Counted from the first letter of the stretch, positions 8,278 through 17,746 are shown. The stretch is 32,000 nucleotides of DNA from Candidatus Lokiarchaeum ossiferum (GCA_025839675.1 CP104013.1:2820001-2852000), one strand, 5' to 3'. Translations and numbers: made by a program. The notes: generated by a model from the letters alone, not told the origin.

Positions 8278-8635
8278 TCGATTCTTTATTGTTTCTTATA
8301 ATTTTTTTTAATTGTTGAATTTGAAAGGAAAATTTTTCCTGACCTTTAGGAGTTATTCGCAAAATTTTCAATGGGCGTGGAGAAAATGTAATACGATCTT
8401 CAATCCACCCGGCTAAAATAAGCTTTTTCAAATGGTGATCCAAATTTCCAGGTGTACACTTAAGCAACTTCTTCAATTCGGTAAAACCCATTTGGGAATA
8501 ATTAAATAATAAAAACATGATATTGAAGCGAAGAGGGACTTTCAATAATTCATTAGGAGTAAATAAAGGTAATGGGGGAGGAATTTCTTGTTCTTCCTTT
8601 GGTTTTTCTGGGATATTTTTTTTTGTCTTTTCCAT
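8270..8635 (-). CDS. Small winged-helix DNA-binding protein (HTH_34/PadR-like pattern)
   Basis: RFNIMFLLFNYSQMGFTELKKLLKCTPGNLDHHLKKLILAGWIEDRITFSPRPLKILRITPKGQEKF fits the wHTH pattern (..L.lt.GnL..Hl.kL..aG.i......prp......iT..G...f). Confidence 0.7.
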   Translation of the reverse strand: MEKTKKNIPEKPKEEQEIPPPLPLFTPNELLKVPLRFNIMFLLFNYSQMGFTELKKLLKCTPGNLDHHLKKLILAGWIEDRITFSPRPLKILRITPKGQEKFSFQIQQLKKIIRNNKESID

Positions 8636-8638
8636 GAG

Positions 8639-10711
8639 TTATTTTTCCCCTGTTGAAGTATCGAGTTCATCATCATGAAAAAGAGCCCCTAACCAACCAA
8701 AACCCCCCAATATTAGAAAGCTCCAGAATACAAATTTTCGAGTAAATTCAACTTCATCGGGATGGCTCGACCTAATTATATTTGGATCAATTAGTTTTCG
8801 TATAATACAATACGCAATAATTAAACCGATTCCCAAGATCCCGATTACAAACCATATTTTTTGATCCTTCTTATAAATTTTGAGGAGTAGATTCCAAAGA
8901 AAGAGCAAAGTAAATATCATCCCTAAAATTAATAGAATCCTTTCATAAGATCCAAAATAGACAAGTAGAAGCATAAGAATTTCGATTACAAGTAGACCTC
9001 CCATTCCAACCCAGATTACTTGTTTTTCCTTTGTATGGAGATTCATAGGAGAATCTTGAAGAATGGGAGGAGTTTGCTGGAGTTTTCGTAGCTTCCTATA
9101 AAAAAAACTTGTGAGGACTATACCAATGATCAAGATTTCAAGATTCACAAGAAAATGACGTAAAGGGACATCAGAATAATATTCATTATTCAGGAATAAT
9201 CCAAGCATAATACGAACAAGTTGGCCATTGTAGAATAATTCTGAATAAACAAATGAGAAAAACAGTCCAAATAGTATTAGAAATTGGAAAGATACTATTT
9301 GAGTTATATTAGATTCATGTTTTTGCATAAGGGTGATAGCTTTTGCACCCGGAATTTCCTCATCCTCAATTGTATGATTCCGGTTTTTCTGGAGATTTAG
9401 GTTCAGGAATTTGAGTTTTTGTTTTTTTTTTCGTTGAATTATTAAAAATTTGATAAATATACCTCCAGAAACCAAACTAAATACCAAGAAGAAATAATGA
9501 CCTACATGAAAAAATATAAAATTTCCTTGAAATTGGATGTTCGAGAGATTCTCTTTGAATATCCCTCTTCCAATCAAAATAATTGTATTACCTTTGATAA
9601 CTTCTTCGTGAAAATTGGGATTATCAAACCAAATAGGCTCATAATCGTGATCATCTTCTTCTTCAAGATAGTAAATGTCGAAGATATACTCAGAAATAAA
9701 ACGAAATGTATTTCCTTCTATCAGAAAGTTGTAGGAATTAAGAAATTTAATCCCAGTATTTGAATCTCGTATTATATTATCTAAAATTGTGGAGTTAATA
9801 CCAAATAAAAAAGAAATACCCCCATCTATATCATTCTCTGTGAGATTTATGTTATTCGTAATATAGAATTTTAATCGGGGCAAGATATTTTGAACAAACG
9901 AGATATCCTGAGAAGAATAAAACTCAATCTCGGTATACTCCGCTGACACTTCATTACTTTTTAGAAAGCATTGAGAAACATTCCACCCCGTTATAGCTTC
10001 AACACCGAAATTGCTCGAAATGTAAGTATGAATTAAGTTATTGTTTTCTAAGATAATGTTATGCACATTTCGGAATTGAATATGTTCATATTTTTGATTC
10101 CACATTTCATTATGTGTGATGAAGAAATCGTTGCTATCGACGGCTATAATCCCATAATAATAAGCGGTAATATAATTATCTGTGATATTAATTTGACTTG
10201 AATATTCAAGACGTACAGCATTAGAATCACTTCCTGAATAAGAATTGAAGTAGCATGACATTATTTTAATATTTTGAGAGCGATTAAATAAAATGGAATA
10301 ACTTTCTTCTCGATAACCGGGATAAAGATTTCGAAAAGCGCAATTTTTTATAATTAAATATTCGGAAAAATTTGTAAAGTTTAATCCAGCAACACTGGCA
10401 TTTTGTTCCACAATATAATTTTCTAATATTAAAGGCGAAGTCCAGGAAGTGCCATCTCCAGATTCTGGACTAGTATAATTTTGAAGATCATCCTTAGAAG
10501 AAAAAGATTGAGAGGAAAGAGGAATTAAATTGTTCCAATCAATGGACTGAGAAAGAGGGACATAGTTACTTCTTCGACCTTTATCTTCAAATGAAATTTC
10601 CGCGAATGATGCAGCCAGACCACTCAATGTGCTGATAAAAATAATAGATAGCAAGAAAGTAAGGATTAATTGATGAGAGTCGGTTTTAGCTTGATGATCC
10701 ATATTTTTCAT
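8639..10711 (-). CDS. Membrane protein: signal anchor, extracellular right-handed beta-helix (PbH1-type repeats), C-terminal multi-TM domain
   Basis: N-terminal hydrophobic segment LILTFLLSIIFISTLSGLAA, then GDGTSWTSPLILENY. Repeated N/D-rich turns follow (NITDNYI, ITHNEM, LENNNL, LTENDI, LDNIIRDSNTGI, IEGNTF). The last 300 aa hold about 6 hydrophobic helices. Confidence 0.65.
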   Translation of the reverse strand: MKNMDHQAKTDSHQLILTFLLSIIFISTLSGLAASFAEISFEDKGRRSNYVPLSQSIDWNNLIPLSSQSFSSKDDLQNYTSPESGDGTSWTSPLILENYIVEQNASVAGLNFTNFSEYLIIKNCAFRNLYPGYREESYSILFNRSQNIKIMSCYFNSYSGSDSNAVRLEYSSQINITDNYITAYYYGIIAVDSNDFFITHNEMWNQKYEHIQFRNVHNIILENNNLIHTYISSNFGVEAITGWNVSQCFLKSNEVSAEYTEIEFYSSQDISFVQNILPRLKFYITNNINLTENDIDGGISFLFGINSTILDNIIRDSNTGIKFLNSYNFLIEGNTFRFISEYIFDIYYLEEEDDHDYEPIWFDNPNFHEEVIKGNTIILIGRGIFKENLSNIQFQGNFIFFHVGHYFFLVFSLVSGGIFIKFLIIQRKKKQKLKFLNLNLQKNRNHTIEDEEIPGAKAITLMQKHESNITQIVSFQFLILFGLFFSFVYSELFYNGQLVRIMLGLFLNNEYYSDVPLRHFLVNLEILIIGIVLTSFFYRKLRKLQQTPPILQDSPMNLHTKEKQVIWVGMGGLLVIEILMLLLVYFGSYERILLILGMIFTLLFLWNLLLKIYKKDQKIWFVIGILGIGLIIAYCIIRKLIDPNIIRSSHPDEVEFTRKFVFWSFLILGGFGWLGALFHDDELDTSTGEK

Positions 10712-10781
10712 TGGTTGTAGAAGCTTTTAAATCCCCAATATATTCTGTGTGACAGATTTCAAAGGTGAATTATAAAAAAAT

Positions 10782-12974
10782 CTAATTGATGTTCTTTCGG
10801 ATAGTAAACAGAGTTTCCACAGCATCGTCTTTTTCGAGAATTAGAGTTTGGATCAATTCTTCATCTTCAAAACGATTTTCTCTTAAGGAAATGATCTTAC
10901 GGATGCATTCTTCAATTTTTAAATACAATGTGTAAGAAGGGTTTTGTGAATTTGAAAAATCAATCTTGGGAATAGGTAATGCCAAGACATTGGCTTGGAT
11001 TAAATGGGGGAATGTTTTTTTCTTAGGATTAGCAAAATTATTATGATAATAGAGCTCGATTAGCTTAGATGAAATGATCCCGAATAAAAATTCAATGGAA
11101 TACTTGCGAAGCAGTTCAGGGGAATAATCATTCACATTTCCTTTTTCATAGTTAATGGTGGAAGCAGAGTCTGAAACTTGCAAAGAAGAAGAAGAAAGAG
11201 TATATTTAAGAGAAAACTGATATATCACTTGAAGAGTATAAAAATTATTGTAATCCAGAGCACCGATAATTCCTTTTCCAGTTTTCCTTAGGAGAATTTT
11301 GGGGGAACGAAATTTATCAGGATGTTTATATTTAATTCCATCATACCCAAGCTTAATGGAAAATTCAGACTTCAATTTATAGCGATGGATATCTTCACCT
11401 CTTAATAAAGGTACCCACTTTGATTTATTGTCGGTTATAGGGATGTTATTTGTCGGCCGGATGATCATCGCTTGTTCAATCATTTGCTTCTTATATACAA
11501 ATTCTTTGCATTGATTACATTTTGCACCCACTGCACTATTTAATTTGATAGATTTTTTAAAATGGGAAATCGGATTCCACTTTTTACAAAAAGGACATTG
11601 ATAGATTTTTCCCACTTTCCCAATCTCAACTCCACGGCTATTAGATACAAAATCGCCAAAAACATAATGAGGGGTGTCTTCAACTTGTTGAACAATGTTA
11701 AGAGTCGCTTGAGCAGTGAAAATTGTAAAATTGCAAAAGGGATGTTGAAGAAATGTTTGTTGTGGTATTTCATCCGAGCTCCATTGTGGAAAATAATCTG
11801 AATCCATTTGAGAACCAGGTTTTTGGTCCAGTAAGTGGGAGATAATGACATTGTGGTTTGAGGCAGCGGGTATTTTTTTCAAGAAGAGAATAATCGAGGG
11901 AACATTTACATCCACAAACACATTTTCACCTAAGTATGATATTTGGAGAATTGTTGTGGTCTTAAGTAAAAATCTACGAAGGGGTTCATAAACCGGATTG
12001 AATAAAATGGTACTTGGAATGATTAAAGCAAGAAGCCCTCCCTTCTTTAATATCTTGAGATTTCGCACTACAAAAAGGGAATAAATATCTAATTGGTCTC
12101 GAATCTTATAGGGACGTTTCATCGGAGAAGTCGGACTTTTTCCCCCAATGAATTCTTGAGACTCTGTGACTGAACGAATCAACGCATGATAATGGGTTTT
12201 TAACAATTTCTGATATGAATCAATTGTAGTCCCCCATGGAGGATTTCCACAAACAATATTGAAAGGTGAATTTGGAACAGTGGACCTTAAACTATCCCGC
12301 GCATAAAAATGGTTAGTAAAAGGGGATTTAGATTTCTGAACTTTAGCAGAAAAGAGTTTAAGATTCAGATAGGCAATTTCAAGGGCTAAGGGATCAATAT
12401 CAACCCCTGAAATATTTGCCTCTGAAAAAAAAGCAGGTATTTTTTGAAGAAAATTACCCGTCCCACAGCTGATATCCGCAATCGAAGGAGAAGATAAAGA
12501 GTCAGTTTTAGCTTGCTTGTTCCATTTTTGAGAAAGAATAGTTAAAATATAATCAATCATCCATGGGGGAGTGTAAAATGTGCCTCGTTGATGTTTAAAA
12601 CTCACATAGGATTCATAGAGACGGGATAAAAAAGTGGAATCATTGACACATGGGCGAAGATGATCAATCAAGTTCTTCAATAATTTGCTAGAATACTCTG
12701 AAAAGGATTCAATGCCATTAACAAAGGATATTTTAGCCGATTGAATTGAAAATTGCTGTAGTACGTTATGGCGTAAGGCTGATAAAGGACTAATGGAGGG
12801 AGGATCATTCTGAATGTGAGAGCCTCCATCCAAACTTCGCACCAGATATTCGCGCGATTTTGATTCTTTAAGAACCATGAAAATATTTAGCATTAATCGC
12901 AATTGTTCTTGTTTACTTACTCGACTTTTTGAGTCAGAAGAACTTTGAAAAATAGCCCATAACGATTCCAGCAT
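10782..12974 (-). CDS. N6-adenine DNA methyltransferase, Eco57I/type-IIG-like catalytic module plus TaqI-like target-recognition domain; no nuclease domain seen
   Basis: GTFYTPPWMIDYIL, motif I DISCGTGNFL, motif IV CGNPPWG, DIYSLFVV...GGLLALIIPS. The TRD region has VPLLRGEDIHRYKL and an inserted CPFC...CNQC zinc ribbon. Confidence 0.85.
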   Translation of the reverse strand: MLESLWAIFQSSSDSKSRVSKQEQLRLMLNIFMVLKESKSREYLVRSLDGGSHIQNDPPSISPLSALRHNVLQQFSIQSAKISFVNGIESFSEYSSKLLKNLIDHLRPCVNDSTFLSRLYESYVSFKHQRGTFYTPPWMIDYILTILSQKWNKQAKTDSLSSPSIADISCGTGNFLQKIPAFFSEANISGVDIDPLALEIAYLNLKLFSAKVQKSKSPFTNHFYARDSLRSTVPNSPFNIVCGNPPWGTTIDSYQKLLKTHYHALIRSVTESQEFIGGKSPTSPMKRPYKIRDQLDIYSLFVVRNLKILKKGGLLALIIPSTILFNPVYEPLRRFLLKTTTILQISYLGENVFVDVNVPSIILFLKKIPAASNHNVIISHLLDQKPGSQMDSDYFPQWSSDEIPQQTFLQHPFCNFTIFTAQATLNIVQQVEDTPHYVFGDFVSNSRGVEIGKVGKIYQCPFCKKWNPISHFKKSIKLNSAVGAKCNQCKEFVYKKQMIEQAMIIRPTNNIPITDNKSKWVPLLRGEDIHRYKLKSEFSIKLGYDGIKYKHPDKFRSPKILLRKTGKGIIGALDYNNFYTLQVIYQFSLKYTLSSSSLQVSDSASTINYEKGNVNDYSPELLRKYSIEFLFGIISSKLIELYYHNNFANPKKKTFPHLIQANVLALPIPKIDFSNSQNPSYTLYLKIEECIRKIISLRENRFEDEELIQTLILEKDDAVETLFTIRKNIN

Positions 12975-12978
12975 ATAT

Positions 12979-13009
12979 ATTTAAATTCTCGAACCGTTTA
13001 CATTTAAAT
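12979..13009. promoter_or_regulatory. Two ATTTAAAT palindromic TATA-like boxes in the 33-bp spacer between the divergent methyltransferase genes
   Basis: ATTTAAAT at 12979-12986 lies about 25 bp upstream of the + ATG at 13008. ATTTAAAT at 13002-13009 lies about 31 bp upstream of the - start at 12974. Confidence 0.45.
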
Positions 13010-15539
13010 GATGCTATTTTTCTCGGATCTGGCAAAAATTTGTAAGAAATTAAAACGGGAATTAGAATTAATCTCAGAAGAGAAATGGCAACTTCAAAAT
13101 CATACCCTTATCCCATTCCCAGAAATCGAACGTGTTCCAATGAAGCATATCGCAGAGATATATGCTCAGTGTTGCGTGATTTTTTGTGTCCGTCAGAAAA
13201 TCCTTCCTGATTTACAAAGCAAAATTATAGCAAATTTCTTAGATCTATTTTGGCAAAGGATGGAAATGTGCTCAAAAAAAAAAACCTTAGAAATCAGGAG
13301 AGAATTAGCCTCACTTATCGAGGAGGCACTGAATCATGGGAAATTACGGCGGAATAGTATGTTGTCGGAAACGGTGTTTTTAGAAAAAATATATACGGAA
13401 TTTATCCGATATTATAATAAGAACCAACAAAAATTGCATGGCATAGTGTATACTCCGGATTATATCATCAATTTTATGATGCGACTCCTTCACACAAAGA
13501 TTCAACAGCACTTTGATCTTCCTCGTGGCCTTAGTTCCCCAGAATTGATTTTGTATGATCCTGCAATCGGATCCCTATCCTTTGAATTGGGAATTCACAA
13601 TATAGTTAAAAACCCGGATTGGATCAAGACTCAATTTCCGATTCAGTTTTATGGGAATGAATTAAATTATGCTGCATATTTCATCGGGCGGTTCCTTTTA
13701 GCTGACAGCATGAATTTTTCTTCCAAAGAGAAGGAAATTTCACTTCAAATTTCTTTTCAATCGGCTTTAACTCCTGAATTTTATGAAACAATTGAAAAAC
13801 TTCCACACACGAGAACTAAACCGATTATCATCTTTGGTAACCCACCCTATGCGGTTTCCAGTACCAATAAAGATGCTTGGATATATCAGTTAATGACAGC
13901 ATACGCAGTGAAGGAGCCCAATCTCACCCGTTTGTATGACGATTATGTGAAATTTATTCGCTATGGACAATGGATACTGGAGAAACAAGCTCAAGGCATC
14001 TTGGTTTTCATCACCAATCGGAAATATCTGGATGGAAAAGTATTCTATGGCATGCGACAATCCTTGTTGAAATCAATGTCGGACATCTATATCATAGATT
14101 TATTTGGGGATGCTCGCAATATAAAAGGAGTTTCGACAGGAACTAATGTTTTTGGAATTCAAACAGGAGTGGCCATCAGCTTATTTTTTAAGAAAAAAAA
14201 TCTCGATCAAAAAACCGCTACACTTCACTATCTTGGGATTAGGAATGGAGAAGAAGAACTAAAAGAAGTATTGGCACATGAAATACAAAATTTAGGATTT
14301 GTGGAACTAACCCCTCAAGCACCTAAGTTTCTTTTTGTTCCAATTACCGTGGAACCAAAATATCAACAAATATGGGACATTCACTGCATTTCCCTTCCAA
14401 AATGTTTCATAAAAACAAGTCGAGCCATGATAAGCTCTCGTGACCGATTTATGATCCATGTAGATTCGGATCCATTAAAGGAAAATATCACCTTATTAGA
14501 AAAACGTGATTACATTACACTCCGAAAACAGGGTCGAATCAAACAAAATATCGATGCGCTATTTGAAAATGAACAAGTTCTATCACATTTTGATTTTAAA
14601 GAGATGAAACGATCAATTACCGCCGTAAATTACCGTCCATTTGATTTACGGCATACAATCTTTTATACCATTAATAGACGATGTGGTAAATCCATCATTT
14701 TAGATCATTTGAATCAATCCCCGCTGATTATTGAAGAAATCCTGAAAGGGAAAGAAAATCGAAATCTAAAAAACTCAAATTTAGCATTCAATTTTGTGCA
14801 ATCAATGCAAAAGCCTCCCTTCACCCATATTTTATGCACTCAAGGGATTGTAGACTCGGGGATCTTCGGATATTCAACTTCTAAAGTCGCTCCGATATGG
14901 ATAGACGGAAATTTGAATCTTTCGGAGATATATATTTCAAAATTAAAATATGTGTATCCTTCCATCACCGAGAATCAGTTGATTGGATATCTTTACGGAA
15001 TTTTAAATTCCACAACATTAGCAAGTATCTTTGAACCCATGTTATTCCATGAATTTCCCCGTGTCTTTATTTCTGACAAGGCTGAGTTCATCCAAAAAAT
15101 TGCTGATCTTGGATTTGAATTAATTCTTCTTCACACCTATAATTTTTCTAGGTTTCAACAACACAAGTATGAGGATTTCTATAAATCGTGGAAGGAATCA
15201 CTCTCCCATGATATCCAATTAAAATCATGGAGATTCGAAAAAAATTCAATATGTTTCACTTCATTCCAAAATAAAGCCCAAAAATCAGGAAAAACGTATT
15301 ATAATATTCCTTGTTCTGCAAAAGTTTGGAATTTCAGGATTGGGAGTATTCAAATAGTAGATCATTGGCTAAAAGCGAGAAAATTTAGTTCTTTACAAAG
15401 AGGATTAACTCCACCAGATTGGCATCAGTTCTTTCTCATGGTTTTTATTATTCAAGAAACCTTGCTACTTAAAAAGTTAATAGACATGGAACTCCAAAAA
15501 AACCCAATAACTATGGGATTTGCATCGAAGATGAATTAA
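13008..15539 (+). CDS. N6-adenine DNA methyltransferase of the type-ISP-like (helicase-less) family with C-terminal specificity domain
   Basis: HGIVYTPDYIINFM, motif I LYDPAIGSLSF, motif IV IFGNPPYAVSS, DDYVKFIRY...GILVFITNRKYLDG...IYIIDLFGDAR, NYRPFDLRHTIFY. The C-terminal IGSIQIVDHWLKARK is typical of the type-ISP methylase/TRD module. Confidence 0.85.
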   Translation: MMLFFSDLAKICKKLKRELELISEEKWQLQNHTLIPFPEIERVPMKHIAEIYAQCCVIFCVRQKILPDLQSKIIANFLDLFWQRMEMCSKKKTLEIRRELASLIEEALNHGKLRRNSMLSETVFLEKIYTEFIRYYNKNQQKLHGIVYTPDYIINFMMRLLHTKIQQHFDLPRGLSSPELILYDPAIGSLSFELGIHNIVKNPDWIKTQFPIQFYGNELNYAAYFIGRFLLADSMNFSSKEKEISLQISFQSALTPEFYETIEKLPHTRTKPIIIFGNPPYAVSSTNKDAWIYQLMTAYAVKEPNLTRLYDDYVKFIRYGQWILEKQAQGILVFITNRKYLDGKVFYGMRQSLLKSMSDIYIIDLFGDARNIKGVSTGTNVFGIQTGVAISLFFKKKNLDQKTATLHYLGIRNGEEELKEVLAHEIQNLGFVELTPQAPKFLFVPITVEPKYQQIWDIHCISLPKCFIKTSRAMISSRDRFMIHVDSDPLKENITLLEKRDYITLRKQGRIKQNIDALFENEQVLSHFDFKEMKRSITAVNYRPFDLRHTIFYTINRRCGKSIILDHLNQSPLIIEEILKGKENRNLKNSNLAFNFVQSMQKPPFTHILCTQGIVDSGIFGYSTSKVAPIWIDGNLNLSEIYISKLKYVYPSITENQLIGYLYGILNSTTLASIFEPMLFHEFPRVFISDKAEFIQKIADLGFELILLHTYNFSRFQQHKYEDFYKSWKESLSHDIQLKSWRFEKNSICFTSFQNKAQKSGKTYYNIPCSAKVWNFRIGSIQIVDHWLKARKFSSLQRGLTPPDWHQFFLMVFIIQETLLLKKLIDMELQKNPITMGFASKMN

Positions 15540-15569
15540 ACTTAAATGCTTGGATATAGATAGAAGCTT

Positions 15570-15902
15570 ATGCAAGAAATCTCATTTTGTGGAATAAATT
15601 GTTTGAAATGCCCCGCATATATCGCCAAACGAACGAATGATAATGAATTACGGAAAAGAACCGCAATGGAATGGGGATCTGTGGGATTCGTCATTGATCC
15701 AGAGAAAATCAGTTGTGACGGTTGCCATTCCAATGGAGAATTACTCATGCATTGTTCAGATTGCAAAGTTCGAAATTGTGGATTGAAAAAAGGAGTTAAG
15801 ACTTGTGCCGAGTGTCCAGATTATGCTTGTAATGATTTAGAAGAACTGTGGACGAATTTGCATGCCCCTGAAGCGAAAGTGCAATTAGATAACTTGCGTT
15901 AA
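15570..15902 (+). CDS. Cys-rich DUF3795-like protein
   Basis: The pattern CGINCLKCPAY...CDGCHS...CSDCKVRNCGLKKGVKTCAECPDYAC matches the DUF3795 cysteine layout as I recall it. Confidence 0.6.
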   Translation: MQEISFCGINCLKCPAYIAKRTNDNELRKRTAMEWGSVGFVIDPEKISCDGCHSNGELLMHCSDCKVRNCGLKKGVKTCAECPDYACNDLEELWTNLHAPEAKVQLDNLR

Positions 15903-15907
15903 TTAAT

Positions 15908-16669
15908 CTATTTTTTTCGATACCAATAACGATATTGCTCTTGAAATCCTAATTTTTCATAAAGGTGGAGAGCTGCGGGATTATTTAACATAACTTGCAA
16001 GTAGGCCTTTTGAGCACCATTATTTTTTCCTAATTCAAGCAAATATTGAATGAGCTGCGTCCCGATGCCTTGATTTCGATGATTTTTTGCTACAACAATA
16101 TCAAACAAACCAATAAATATACCATCTTGAACCCCTAAACCGCATGCAACACACTCATTCTTGTTGTATAATAGTACATAGAATGCTGGAGTCACAATAT
16201 TGGTTAAAATTCCTTTCAAATTCAACTGATTCTGTTCTGATACTCGATTCATGTGACAATAATGTTTCAACCAGGTCTCATTCACTGCTGTAAAATAATC
16301 CATTTTCAATCTCGATTTGGAGTTAAAATCATTAAGTAGGGAAACTTCTTGGACACTGGTTTCATCAATCTTAGAATAACCCCGTTTATCCAAAAACTCT
16401 TCAAGATTAAAGGGGGACGCAATTTTAGTTAGCTTAAAAACGCAAGGTAACCCTAGTTGGGAATACTGTGTCTCACACCGAAATATTTTTTCCGATATAT
16501 TGTCGGTTGAAGGAAATATGGGATTCACTGAATTTGCTCGTTTAGTATAGCCTTTTGCGAAACGTAAGACCCATCCATCATCAATAATAGTCTGAAAACT
16601 CGGCCAAGCCCCCATGGTTCGCGATTCCATGTTTCGAATATAGAGTTGTTTTTCAGGAGAAATCATCAC
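15908..16669 (-). CDS. GNAT-family N-acetyltransferase with an N-terminal accessory domain
   Basis: C-terminal VAKNHRNQGIGTQLIQYLLELGKNNGAQKAYLQVMLNNPAALHLYEKLGF. N-terminal DDGWVLRFAKGYTKRANSVNP. Confidence 0.8.
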   Translation of the reverse strand: MMISPEKQLYIRNMESRTMGAWPSFQTIIDDGWVLRFAKGYTKRANSVNPIFPSTDNISEKIFRCETQYSQLGLPCVFKLTKIASPFNLEEFLDKRGYSKIDETSVQEVSLLNDFNSKSRLKMDYFTAVNETWLKHYCHMNRVSEQNQLNLKGILTNIVTPAFYVLLYNKNECVACGLGVQDGIFIGLFDIVVAKNHRNQGIGTQLIQYLLELGKNNGAQKAYLQVMLNNPAALHLYEKLGFQEQYRYWYRKK

Positions 16670-17354
16670 TTTGCTTTAGCTTGGAACTCATAAATTTTTT
16701 GGGAATTTTTTTTTATAAGTCTAATAATTGAAAAGTAGTACGTATATTCCATTTTCTTTTGATAGCATTTAAGGAAAAATTGCTAAAAACTGTCTACCCT
16801 CAACTATAAATATTAAAAAAATTTCATATTATTTAGTAATAATTTGAATACACTGATAGGTATTTAAAATGAATCGAATCGAAACCCGTTTACATTCCAA
16901 TAATGGAATCCACTGCGCACTTATAATGCGCGCTACTATTGATAATCACAAGGATTATCCGATTGTGGCATTTAAGTGGTGCTAAAACGGCTTCCGAATC
17001 GGTTAAAAACTCTTCTTTTCCAAGTTTTTCCGGAATAGCTCTTAAAGTTTGTTGAGCGATTCGGAACTGTTGCTAACACCTTTGAAGCTACAATAGTGCG
17101 CAAAAGTTATAAAATGACAAACCCCAAAAAAGTGGATCCATCATTTACAAGGGGTACACACCAATAGGAGTAGCAACCGCACTCAAATTTTTTATATTAG
17201 GAATATATCATCCCCAACAATCATTTACTAAAAATCGAACAACGACAACTTTAAATAGGGAAATTTCCTATATAATATTAGAAGAAAACAACTCTTCTAA
17301 ACATGCTAAAAAAAACCAATCCTGAATAACTAACCTGAACCGTTTGTGAAAAAT

Positions 17355-17591
17355 ATGATGTTTACCGAAAAGCTTACCGATTCCTATGATGGAATAAATA
17401 ATGGTGCACTTGTATATATGCCCGCAGAATCTACTGTGAAGCATTTACGCATTTGTGACATTATTAATTGGTAAGTGTGTCTCGGCAAGCATCAAGAATT
17501 GCAACGCGTTCCAGAACCATTTCATGAAAAATGGCGGGATGGAAATGCATGGCTTCTTTTCCTCTGGTGCTTGGCACCGAGACTACCTTAA
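17355..17591 (+). other. 78-codon reading frame interrupted by a single in-frame TAA (17472-17474); possible pseudogene
   Basis: Hand translation: MMFTEKLTDSYDGINNGALVYMPAESTVKHLRICDIINW*VCLGKHQELQRVPEPFHEKWRDGNAWLLFLWCLAPRLP*. I recognise no family. Confidence 0.25.
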
Positions 17592-17746
17592 ACTATAATA
17601 ATTTCATTAAACACTAGAAAGAATTTCTTTCAGTCAGTGAATTTAACTCAGCCCCTTTTTTTCAGCATCATCTACCCAACAAAAACCTACAATACAGACA
17701 CCAAAAAACCAACCAAAATCTATCCCACACTGAGGAAAAAAACGAA

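Noticed and set aside
13560-13590. The idea that the 843-aa methyltransferase is catalytically dead because motif I reads DPAIGSLSF rather than DPxxGxGxF.
   Set aside because: Motif I is tolerant of variation; the active M.TaqI has EPACAHGPF. Motif IV (NPPY) and the other conserved blocks are intact. Sequence alone cannot support inactivity.
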